From NCBI GenBank assembly GCA_030248215.1, contig JASANG010003711.1:620001-684000 (forward strand): 64,000 nucleotides of DNA, in the 5' to 3' direction. The stretch comes from Enoplolaimus lenunculus (taxonomy: Eukaryota). Shown here one piece after another: positions 14,001 through 24,555 of the stretch. The notes beneath the pieces are model-generated. The model searched no databases, was not told the DNA's origin, and was given only the letters and a program-made list of their open reading frames with translations. Numbering within the stretch: the stretch's first letter is position 1; each line of letters opens with the position of its first letter. Both the position numbers and the translations under genes were made by a program.

Positions 14001-17000
14001 CAAGATATCCCAATAGCCAGAGGCAAATTTCTGAAAAATATGCAATGCTGTATCTTATATAGAAATAAACCGACCATGAAACCAAGGCCTAAAATATTTT
14101 AACGTATGCGTAAAGAGCGCCCTACAGAAATGATGCTGTACTTAGCGTGGTATTACTCTAAAATATACGACTCAATCGATGTCATAAGCTGATCATACCT
14201 AAAAATTGGGCAGAAAATTTCAAAGCAACTATACTTACACTTTGAGTAGAAATGAACAAAATCAGGTCAAAGCATTCAACAAAATTTTGCATTTGCCGAC
14301 ATCCAAGTGCATAATACCGTTTCACAGAATAATATTCTGATAAGCCTTAATCAGTTTCCGGAAACTTTGAAGACAAATGGTTACGATACTAATTTTCTTA
14401 TCATTCATTTGTTTTCTCCATAAACCATTGCAGGTACGTACCTCGTTGGATTTTCAAGCTCTTCAGTTACAAAGTTCAAATAGTTCCTACAAAACAAATG
14501 CCGCAACAATTCAACCGAACTCAGTTACCGTTATTGCATGATGTATATTAAACTAAAATAAAGCAGTTGACACAAAAACACTGTTTGTATTAAAAATACA
14601 CCATTCAATTTTAAAGATATAATCATTTTTTTCTCAAAACTTAAAATCTGCCTTTGTATTTTTACAATTTACAATGCAAATAATTCAGTTACACACCAGC
14701 CATTGTAAGCCCACAGCCCGGAATAGAATGCCAGCGCAACCGATCCAGGCTTCAAATTGCTTCCTTCCCACGCGAATGAAAAATTTTCAACATAATCTAA
14801 AAACAATGATGCTCATAACAACAGTTTACCTTCACAGACGTAATCTACCAAAGTTTCTTAACTTCTAGAGTGTTCACAAAGCTCAAACATATTTAAATAA
14901 TAATACTAATAATAATATTATTATTATTATAATCATTAATATTAATAATACGTAAAGATGTTATACGCAAACTTATTACACCTTAGCTTAAATCCAATCG
15001 TGATACTATAGCGTGCAACGCTGTATTGTAACATCTTTGTAATGCATAAACAATAACTGCAACTAATAACTTTGGTTCTTATGCAAAAAGATTAAAAAAT
15101 ATACCACTTAACGCTTATTGCGAAACAATCAGTAAATAAAATACTCCTGAAGTAACATTTTTGTATCCAAAATTATAAATTCTTGCGAATCAAAACAAAC
15201 CGCTTATTAAAACGTGTTAATAATCACGTAACGGAAAAACGGTAAACATACCTCCTCCAATGCACAGTAAAGCAACGCCTGTTACAATAATCAAAGCTAA
15301 TGCTGCTAGTTTGGCAACGGTAAAAACATTTTGAACCAATGTGACCAAACGAACGCTCACGCAGTTTACCAAAATGAGCAGTACTATAACGATTTTACCA
15401 CAAAACGGGTAAAAGATATATAATTGAAAAGAAAACCCAACCTTGCTCAACAACTGGTGCTTTACAAATTACCTAATTACGTGGATTTAAATTTACCACA
15501 ACTATTTCGTCGTTCTGCTACGGATATCAGTTAAGCATCCACTCTTAATATCATTAAAAATTACGTTAACTTTAAACATATACTACTGACTTTTTTCTTC
15601 TACGAAGTTGCTGTCGTGGATTAAGTTTATTAGTACATTTAAAAAGAGAGGCAATTTAAAGGCGTGATGCCAAAAAAGGCTTCGACGCTAAACTCACTTA
15701 AGCAACCTGCTGCCAGCAGCTGAGGCGCATGCTGAGGCGGATCACAGTGAGGATAAAACGGTCGTAGTATATAAAGCGCGAACGTCATAGCAACTGCTGT
15801 TAGCGTGCAGGGCCTAAAAACTATTTCTGGTGTCAGAACAAGGATTAGATGACGAATCTCATTGATGTACTTGTAAACATATTACGCGCTTCATATTTAG
15901 AGGAAAAATTACAAGCTTCCATGCACTATCGGCCAAATAGCAGAACATTTCAGTAAAGCTCATACAACATTTAGTGACGAAAATTTTACAAAACAATCTC
16001 TATTTTGACATTAAAACTGTAGGTACGTATATCCATCCATGGCTACACATTTGATTTTTTGTCGCTAATGCAATTGTAACTGGCTGGCACATATTCACAA
16101 ACATGCATTTAGTGTACAAAGAAGGCAATAAACCGTTCTGCAGGCGAGTTGTGCATCAAAGCAGTCAATATTTCTAGCTGAAAATTTTCCCATGAATAAT
16201 CAGAAGAATCAAATACTACAAACAAGAGCTATCCCATGGGCCACAATTTTTACCGAATCCAGGGTTTGGGACCCGGTGCTGGGTCAGGATTTCTGAGTCT
16301 TTCACAGTTGAGTGCGTCTGATGATCATGTTTGGTTCATATTAAATCATAAAGATTATACTGCGCGAGAACATGTCTGCCAAATTATATCTTTGCTGAGT
16401 TCCCGGTTGTGTTGGATTTGACTTGTTTCTAAACTGATATAAACCTTGTTAGTCTTAAACTCGGAGCTCGAAAGCTAAAAGTCAGTTAGCCGGTCTGTCA
16501 ACTCGAAACTCGAAGTCTGTTTCAGGTTCGACAATATTGCGCACAATATGCACTACGTACCTTACGTGTGCCAAAGTCAAAACTATATACGAATAAACTT
16601 CTCAATCTCATGCCCACTCACTTAAGTCGTTCAGATATTAACGTATTTTGACCTTAGATTCAAACAAAAATTGTTAATGAATTCGATTGGAAGCAATAGT
16701 TCCTAGAGAAAGTAGAACCAATGTACAACCAACTTGGCTTAACATAATTCAGCTTATGAAAATCTTTTTTGTCCTTGTCCACGACACCAGACTGCACACT
16801 TCTATTCCAAACCTATTTAATGAAAATATTATTCATATATACCTGACAATGATACACTCACTCCACATTCGTAAAAATCCTACAAATGGCCCGAACGCTT
16901 CATAAACGTACGCGCAGTTCCTAGAGAAAACAGAGTCTGAGCCCGAGTAACTTGACTAACATATTTCAGATTTAGAAGATCTAATGTTTTGGCCTTGCCC

Positions 17001-18154
17001 ACGACACCACATGGCCCCGGCAGTTCTATTATAAACCTATTCAATGAAAATATTATCGATATATACCTGACAATGATACACTCAATCCACATTCGTAAAA
17101 ATCCCATAAATGGCCCGAATGCTTCATAAACGTACGCGTAGTCACCACCTGATTTGGTTATGAACGTACCAAGTTCAGCGTAACAAAATGCGCCCATTGC
17201 AGAAAATATCCCACACACGACCCAAATGAGAAGAGAAAACCCTACGCTATTTGCGTCTAAAAACACAATAAGACACTAAAGAAAAACTATAGGAGATACA
17301 TACGGGGTACGACCGGATATATATTAATTATTAATGTACCGGATACGTGAACCGCATATTAATTTTAACATAAATACGAGCACTGTTGATAGAAATTAAG
17401 TCGGCCAAAAATATGTGTTTACTTATTGAATTTAAATTATATAATTGTTAGCTTGGATTTTTCATTTTATTTGGCGAATAACAAATACAACAGCTGAGCA
17501 AACGTATCGCAGTAAGATGTTAAACATGTCTAGTTGCAATTTTATGGTATTCGAAACCACAAAATAAATATATGGTATCGGGTAGGTATATACCGGATAC
17601 GGGAACCTGATGGTTAAATTTTTGCGTCAAAGTGAGACCATTCTCAAACAAATAGATTGTATGAATTTAAACTACGGACTACCCATAATAAAAATAAAGA
17701 TCAACAGTTGGAAGCCGATATTGCCACAAAACACTTTGCATTTCCAGAAGAAAAGAAATTATCTATTAGGCATCACTCAAAAAAATATAGGAAATACAGG
17801 ACATCAATCGAAAATAACACTTCCCTTTTACAGCAGCTTTATATCGATTACATTAATTACAACAGAGCAATTTTGTACTGCACTAAACAACAGTTAAGTA
17901 CATTAAAACTTACGTTCATGAACCCCTTTAGGCGAAACGAATATTCCGCTGCCAATTATGCAACCAACGATAACCATAATGCCGCCGAATAAGTCTATAC
18001 TAGCTTTAAGACCCTGTTGCTCCCCTTTGGAATGATCAATATTTGGCTTGCCATTTTTGGAGTCAGTGTTTGGCAATATTGCTTCGGTTGTTGGTTTATA
18101 CACAGGAGCAGCAAAATTATCGTTCTCAATATTGGCATAACCAAATTCTGCCAT
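11027..18154 (-). CDS. SLC7 family L-type amino-acid transporter light chain (LAT1/y+LAT-like), ~514 aa
   Basis: 13 GT-AG exons in frame: 18154-17914, 17256-17067, 15813-15698, 15383-15252, 14796-14697, 14486-14442, 14030-13907, 13476-13373, 13177-13081, 12525-12367, 11924-11840, 11492-11400, 11085-11027 (TAG); total 1545 nt. Family motifs present: [42 protein letters not shown] (Cys for the heavy-chain disulfide), [40 protein letters not shown]. Confidence 0.95.
16699..17140. repeat. ~220-bp tandem duplication of the 3' half of SLC7 exon 2 plus adjacent intron
   Basis: GTTCCTAGAGAAA...CCTTG(T/C)CCACGACACCA...AAACCTATT(T/C)AATGAAAATATTAT...TATACCTGACAATGATACACTCA...GCTTCATAAACGTACGCG occurs at ~16699-16915 and ~16917-17140. 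Confidence 0.85.
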
Positions 18155-18574
18155 AATTACGAAATGACGTTTCTTGCTCACTGCAATACACTAAATAAGA
18201 CAGAAAAAATAATGCGTACAGTTCGACTCAGCTCCATAAAATAACAGGAACCGGAACTTAAGGTATAACCTTGAAAACAAGTTACAACACTTATCAGCAA
18301 TAATCAGCAACGTAGAATGCCGGAGGCGCATGTCGTTTTTTTGTCGGAGCCAACGCCGAAAATCCGGCTGTACTTTGATGTATACGAATGTATGTAAGAA
18401 GTCCTATACCTATTTTCGACGTTAACCATGCCATAAACAATAAGCTAAATAAAACCTACAGATGCAGAGTGTTGGAATCGATACCCTTGAAACCTTAAAA
18501 CAGGTGCAGATCGTAAGCTATATATAAATTAGAACTTTCCAGTAAACGCCAATATGTTCAACCGAGCTTGCAAT

Positions 18575-19583
18575 TGTCGGGCAGGGGTCCTGTGGTTGCC
18601 CTGCAACCACAGTTCCCCCGCCCTCGATTGCCGCGGGCTCTGTTTATGTCCTCCCGTGGCCTCTAATGCTTGCAAACCCGCTTTTATGCGACATTACCGT
18701 CGCTTTGTACTTGTTTGAGTTAAGTCGATTTTAGTAGTTTATGAATGTGCCGTTATTTCGCCTTATATTGTGCCTATATTCGTTATTTCTTATATTCTGG
18801 GTTATTTTTGCTCGCGCATTCCATTTTCCTATTCAAAACCCTTAAATTTACCAAAAATCTCCCTAAATTTACCAAAAATCTCCCCAAAATTCCCCAACTT
18901 ATTTCTGCCAATTTTACGAGCAATTCCCCTGAGTTTTTCCGGCTAATTAATGTTTTATTAACTTAGCTAGCTTTCACGTGCGTTTTCGGACATAGTATTT
19001 AGCGGACATTCTAGAATATTGTGAATATCGCGGATTTTAGTAAAATTACTAGTTTGCGGATAGATATCAGCCGGTATTTCGGCTCTAGGACGATATCGTA
19101 GTAAAAATAGTAATTTGTGCTTGGAAATAGCGGTTTTTAGCGACGTTTTAGCGTATACGTGAATTTGCGTATTTTTCTGTGGCAACCAGTGCAATTCTTG
19201 TGTAACCGACATAATTGTGCGCAGCGTGTTACGATTGGTTCGGTTCAGGCGAAATTGCTTTGAAAACGCTGGATTTGGACTATTTCAACCCGGATTCGAC
19301 ATAAAATTTGGATTTTCACCCGGTTTTGACACAATTTTGAGTTATCCCGAAATTTCGTAAAATTGCGGATTTCGCGAGTCAAATTAGCATCGCCGACGTC
19401 TATATTGTGTTCGCTGCCGTATTGTTTGTTCTGTTACTTGTATTAAACCTGCAAAACTCGGTGTTAACACTCCAGAGCGTACTAACCCGGATCAGATCAC
19501 TTAGAATTGCATGAGTCAAAAACCTACAATTTTTGGATATTTTAGCCTCAAACAGGGCCAAATAGCGAAGTCCAGAGCTGACA
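18575..19583 (+). repeat. 5' LTR (1009 bp)
   Basis: TGTCGGGCAGG...CCAGAGCTGACA; by eye about 7 substitutions and 2 single-base indels relative to the 3' LTR; ATTAAA at ~19442 is a possible polyA signal. Confidence 0.95.
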
Positions 19584-19593
19584 TGGTGACCAC
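19584..19593 (+). promoter_or_regulatory. Primer-binding site (tRNA-Trp-like)
   Basis: TGGTGACCAC abuts the 5' LTR; the leading TGG is complementary to tRNA CCA. The assignment to tRNA-Trp (3' end ...GGTCACCA) is from recall and should be verified. Confidence 0.7.
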
Positions 19594-19729
19594 GATGGTC
19601 TCATGCTTTTGAATTCTAGTGATTTGATTACGAATATAAAGATCGATCGATCTCTGTGAGTGATTTTACAAAGTTTGATAAAGACCATTGGTAAGTATCT
19701 TTCGTTGTGTCCTATATCAGTTTGCTACC

Positions 19730-21715
19730 ATGAGCCAGCGTACTACACGGAATTCTGCTATCGGCAGAGTACAATCGGCATCTGATTTTGACCAAATTAC
19801 TGACTATCAGCCTCCGGCCGATGATTTTACTGAGCATTATAGTCAACGGCTTGAGAATCCTGAATTTGACTTAGCTAATAGTACTATGTCAGATATAACT
19901 GTTGTCAATGACCCAGAAACAGCAATACAGGCGGTCAATATCGCACCAAATGCTAGCTCAACCCAACCGCCTGTTGTTTCTGATGAAACTACACAATTCA
20001 GTCGCATTTACGACTTACTGCAGCGGGTTGAGAAGCAAAATTCGGTAAACACAGACTTAGTTAACCAAAATGTAGCTAAGGTTCAACAAAACATTCAACA
20101 AGACGTTAAGGCTGTACAGCAAGATGTTTATACCGTGCAGCACAAAGTACATGATGTGCAGGAAAATGTTACTAACGTTCAATTGAATCTGACACAAAAT
20201 GTCCAACGTGTCGAACGCAAAATTGACCATAAAATTGACAAAATTCAAAATGAGTTAGCTAGTGTCGCTCAAGATACGCGTGATAATATCGAAGCGTTGC
20301 GAACTGATATCGCAGTTGTCAAAAATCTTATTACAGTTTGCGAAAATACGCAACAAAAACTTTTAATGCCAAATTTCGATCGTGACAACACTCAACACGC
20401 TGAAACACGCGTTAAGTCAATACGTATATCGACACCACGTGCTAACGGCGATCATGCGTCGTTACTTGATTTAGATAACAACGAATTGTCACAAGTTTTG
20501 CATTCGCCTGACGCACAAGATAAAATATCTACGCCGCAATATCAAAACGATAACGGGCAGAGTAACGCCCAAATTAATTTGCAAAGTAACATTCCACCAA
20601 TCATTGTGCATGCTATTACTAACGAACCATTAGTTATAGAGTCATACACAGGTGAAACAGATTTCGATCGGTGGTTCAATAATTTCAATCGTCAGCTCGA
20701 GGAGCGTGAAATAACATCACAAAAAGATAAATGGAAATGGTTTCGCAATAAAATAGCTGAAAATTCAGCTGCAGACAATTACTTGCAATATGTCGAACAT
20801 CCGACACGGCCATTTACGCAAGATGACTATGACGTCGTGGTTGCACATTTCAAAAAACGTTTTTCGCATGCAACTACATTTACTAACCATCTTACTAAGT
20901 TTCAGAGCATTCAACAAAAAGGCGATGTAAACGCATTTGCTGAAGAATTATACTGTTATTGGCAAAGATACATTCATCGCAAGTGTCTGAATGAGCTCGA
21001 ATCACAAGAATTATTGCGAAATACATTTTTAGCGAACGTGAAATCTGCAATATTTCACAAATTAACCAGCGGCGGTGACGAATCGTTTCACAAACTCAAG
21101 ACACGCGCCAGCAAAATCGAAGAAACGCTAAATATACGAAATGAGCAAAATCCGATTCAGCCACCGAACAAGTCGAAATCTCAAAACGAGCAGGCAGGTC
21201 AGAAACCAATGCAGCAAAACAATGGTACAGGTGCCGTGAGACAGAATCAACAACAAACTTCCGGCTCGAATCAGCCTCAGCCGAATTACGGCTCGAAAAA
21301 TACGAATTTTGGCCAAAATCGACCTGTGAAAACACCAAACGTAAATTTCACGCCTGCTCAACAACAAGCAATGACAAACATGACCTGTTATTCTTATAAT
21401 AACACTGGACATATACAGCGTTATTGCCCGCAACGTCAATCTCAACAACAGTCATCCGGGTATAATAACGCCCAGTCAAACATGCGGCAACAAAACGCTA
21501 CAAATTCGTATGCTAATGCGGTTCAGCAACAACAAGTGCCAGTTTGTTCGATCTGTAACAAGCGTGGACATCGACCAGAGAATTGTTGGTTCCGTTTTAA
21601 CAACAGTAACGATGCTGATCGTAATTCAGTTCGGCGTATGACATCGATTATGACACAAAGTACGCAATTGAATCGTACTCCACCGCCACCATTGATTACG
21701 CTCAACACCAAATAA
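19730..21715 (+). CDS. gag: Retrotransposon Gag-like protein (~661 aa from the first ATG): coiled coil, capsid-like domain, Q/N-rich linker, two zinc knuckles
   Basis: Uninterrupted ORF (track 19688-21715). Heptad-rich VQQNIQQDVKAVQQDVYTVQHKVHDVQENV... region, capsid-like YTGETDFDRWFNNF...FKKRF...IQQKGDVNAFAEEL...FLANVKSAI, knuckles CYSYNNTGHIQRYC (degenerate) and CSICNKRGHRPENC (CX2CX4HX4C). Confidence 0.88.
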   Translation: MSQRTTRNSAIGRVQSASDFDQITDYQPPADDFTEHYSQRLENPEFDLANSTMSDITVVNDPETAIQAVNIAPNASSTQPPVVSDETTQFSRIYDLLQRVEKQNSVNTDLVNQNVAKVQQNIQQDVKAVQQDVYTVQHKVHDVQENVTNVQLNLTQNVQRVERKIDHKIDKIQNELASVAQDTRDNIEALRTDIAVVKNLITVCENTQQKLLMPNFDRDNTQHAETRVKSIRISTPRANGDHASLLDLDNNELSQVLHSPDAQDKISTPQYQNDNGQSNAQINLQSNIPPIIVHAITNEPLVIESYTGETDFDRWFNNFNRQLEEREITSQKDKWKWFRNKIAENSAADNYLQYVEHPTRPFTQDDYDVVVAHFKKRFSHATTFTNHLTKFQSIQQKGDVNAFAEELYCYWQRYIHRKCLNELESQELLRNTFLANVKSAIFHKLTSGGDESFHKLKTRASKIEETLNIRNEQNPIQPPNKSKSQNEQAGQKPMQQNNGTGAVRQNQQQTSGSNQPQPNYGSKNTNFGQNRPVKTPNVNFTPAQQQAMTNMTCYSYNNTGHIQRYCPQRQSQQQSSGYNNAQSNMRQQNATNSYANAVQQQQVPVCSICNKRGHRPENCWFRFNNSNDADRNSVRRMTSIMTQSTQLNRTPPPPLITLNTK

Positions 21716-21822
21716 CCGCCTTAATTTTGTGTATTTTACTGTTATTTCGATGTAAAAATATGTGTTTTAGCGTTCTTTTGCAGCATTATGCCATGGGACG
21801 GCATAAAAATGAGTCCCCCGGT

Positions 21823-22833
21823 TGTCGGGCAGGGGTCCTGTGGTTGCCCTGCAACCACAGTTCCCCCGCCCTCGATTGCCGCGGGCTCTGTTTATGTCCT
21901 CCCGTGGCCTCTAATGCTTGCAAACCCGCTTTTATGCGACATTACCGTCGCTTTGTACTTGTTTGAGTTAAGTCGATTTTAGTAGTTTATGAATGTGCCG
22001 TTATTTCGCCTTATATTGTGCCTATATTCGTTATTTCTTATATTCTGGGTTATTTTTGCTCGCGCATTCCATTTTCCTATTCAAAACCCTTAAATTTACC
22101 AAAAATTTCCCTAAATTTACCAAAAATCTCCCCAAAAATTCCCCAACTTATTTCTGCCAATTTTACGAGCAATTCCCCTGAGTTTTTCCGGCTAATTAAT
22201 GTTTTATTAACTTAGCTAGCTTTTACGTGCGTTTTCGGACATAGTGTTTTAGCGGACATTCTAGAATATTGTGAATATCGCGGATTTTAGTAAAATTACT
22301 AGTTTGCGGATAGATATCAGCCGGTATTTCGGCTCTAGGACGATATCGTAGTAAAAATAGTAATTTGTGCTTGGAAATAGCGGTTTTTAGCGACGTTTTA
22401 GCGTATACGTGAATTTGCGTATTTTTCTGTGGCAATCAATGCAATTCTTGTGTAACCGACATAATTGTGCGCAGCGTGTTACGATTGGTTCGGTTCAGGC
22501 GAAATTGCCTTGAAAACGCTGGATTTGGACTATTTCAACCCGGATTCGACATAAAATTTGGATTTTCACCCGGTTTTGACACAATTTTGAGTTATCCCGA
22601 AATTTCGTAAAATTGCGGATTTCGCGAGTCAAATTAGCATCGCCGACATCTATATTGTGTTCGCTGCCGTATTGTTTGTTCTGTTACTTGTATTAAACCT
22701 GCAAAACTCGGTGTTAACACTCCAGAGCGTACTAACCCGGATCAGATCACTTAGAATTGCATGAGTCAAAAACCTACAATTTTTGGATATTTTAGCCTCA
22801 AACAGGGCCAAATAGCGAAGTCCAGAGCTGACA
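21823..22833 (+). repeat. 3' LTR (1011 bp)
   Basis: Near-identical to 18575-19583 and followed by the TSD GCAAT. Confidence 0.95.
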
Positions 22834-23356
22834 GCAATCGCTATGTATACAAATGCGATAATACAAATTTTACCATCAGTTAGTTAGTTAGTCCCGTATC
22901 CCCAAATCGGTGTATGCTCCAACGGTAACAGCTGATTACAACACGATATTACTAACGAAACTGATTGAGTCGGCTAAAGGAGTTATTTAATACTCGTTTG
23001 TCGACTGTCTGTTTTTGTTACGATTTTCATAAGAAATACTAGCTATTGCTTTAACATCGTTTACCCCTTTAATTTGACGTATGCAACATTTTAGTTGAAC
23101 AACCGAAAATAGAGATGATTTATCATGCAAAACGTCTGATTCTAAAACTACAATACGTAAAAGAGCCTAGACTTCAGGCATTCATTAGCACACGAAGCCC
23201 GGAGAAGCCAAGCCAGATCGATATATAATACCATTAAAACGGATTTTCAGTTTACTTTTTAAAAACTGCGCATTGCCAGCGAAACACATGATTTTTTCAC
23301 TGCGCGTTCACACAGTACAAATCCTCCGTTTTAGTAATGGCCCATTTTTACACTAC

Positions 23357-23548
23357 TACATTCAAAAAATGGTTAGTCAAATGGACTCTCTCCGAAATAG
23401 GCTCTACGAGACTACACAAACTGAGTCATATTCAACTCGCTGTGTTGCACGTTTGACTGTGTCAAAGTCGAATTAGACTGAGTTTGCGTAGTCCCGCAAA
23501 GCCTAATTTCGGAGAGAGTCAATTTGACTCACCATTTTTTTCAGTGTA
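23357..23548. mobile_element. Palindromic (foldback) MITE; related copies at ~24105-24298 and ~24638-24726
   Basis: AAAAAATGGTTAGTCAAATGGACTCTCTCCGAAAT...ACTACACAAACTGAGTC pairs with GACTGAGTTTGCGTAGT...ATTTCGGAGAGAGTCAATTTGACTCACCATTTTTT; the same GAGTCAAATTGACT motifs recur in the other two copies. Confidence 0.75.
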
Positions 23549-23775
23549 CCTACTAGGAAAGTATATGCCACATTTATATTGTATCTGTTTATTTCAGAAA
23601 ATGTTAACGCAAAATGCTTCAATTTAAAACCGAAATTGCGGATAATTGCGGTATTCTATACGTTGATTTTTTAAATATAAAAAAGACAGTAATTTATAGT
23701 TTTCCCACTATAATAAAACACAATTTCATTTTTGTTTTTGTTCCATACTATTACCAGAGCACTATACATAACAAC

Positions 23776-24318
23776 CAGGGTGCAACCGAAGGTGAAAAAT
23801 ACCGGAGCCGGAGGTCAACGAAACTAGCCGAAGCCGGAGGTGAGGCGAAATTTAGGTAGTAAACATAATTAAGCCGAAATCTGCAATATGTTGTTAAGTT
23901 GTTTAGTTTTAAGCATTATTTTCTGAGAAATTTCAAAAATTCTTTCCTTAAAATTGTGACATAATAGTAAAACGAAACGCGCTAAACAAATAAATCTTGC
24001 AAAATGCAAAATTCTTCTACTGAAATTGCCGTAACCTCCATACAAAAATTGTACCGGAGCCGGATTAAGAGGCCGATTTTTTGCCGGAGCAGGAGCCGGC
24101 GGCACGTTGTAAAAGTGGCGAGTCAAATTGACTTTTTCCGAAATAGTTAGGTTTAATACGGGACTACACAAACTGAGTCAAATTCGACTCCGGCAGAGTC
24201 AAAAGTGCGACTCAGTGCGTCGAATTTTAGTCAGTTAGTGTAGTCACATAGAGCACATTTCAGTGGGAGTCAATTTGACCCACAATTTTTTGCAGTGCAG
24301 ACCTCCGGTTGTACCCTG
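23776..24318. mobile_element. hAT-like non-autonomous DNA transposon with a nested palindromic MITE
   Basis: TIRs CAGGGTGCAACCG / CGGTTGTACCCTG; perfect 8-bp TSD ATAACAAC at 23768-23775 and 24319-24326; GCCGGA subterminal repeats. Related termini at ~60-75, ~8223, ~58238 and 62903-63032. Confidence 0.85.
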
Positions 24319-24375
24319 ATAACAACATATTTTTTAAATTCTGTAAATTTGTGCAGTTTTGTGTACAGTAGAGCA

Positions 24376-24555
24376 GGCTCATGTAAAGAACACGGGCGGA
24401 ACATTTCTTTGTAAGACTAGAAAAGAGTAAGCTTAAGCTTTAGATTATTTTTTGCTTGGCTTAGGCTTAGGCTTAGGCTTACGAATATGCTCATTCTCAG
24501 GCTTAGACTTAGGAATATGCTTAATACTGTTCCGCCCCTGTTCTTTACATTGGCC
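24376..24555. mobile_element. MITE carrying TTAGGC telomere-like repeats
   Basis: TIRs ATGTAAAGAACACGGGCGGAACA / TGTTCCGCCCCTGTTCTTTACAT; internal GGCTTAGGCTTAGGCTTAGGCTT. Confidence 0.8.

Larger units (their letters stand above)
18575..22833 (+). mobile_element. Gag-only (non-autonomous) LTR retrotransposon, probably Ty3/gypsy-derived
   Basis: Two ~1010-bp direct repeats beginning TGT and ending ACA; 5-bp TSD GCAAT at 18570-18574 and 22834-22838; PBS-like TGGTGACCAC directly after the 5' LTR; the 2.24-kb internal region holds one Gag ORF and no pol. Confidence 0.95.

Noticed and set aside
18745..19212. Short ORFs inside the LTR (repeated at 21993-22435)
   Set aside because: The two LTR copies differ by frameshifting indels in these ORFs and there is no recognisable domain.
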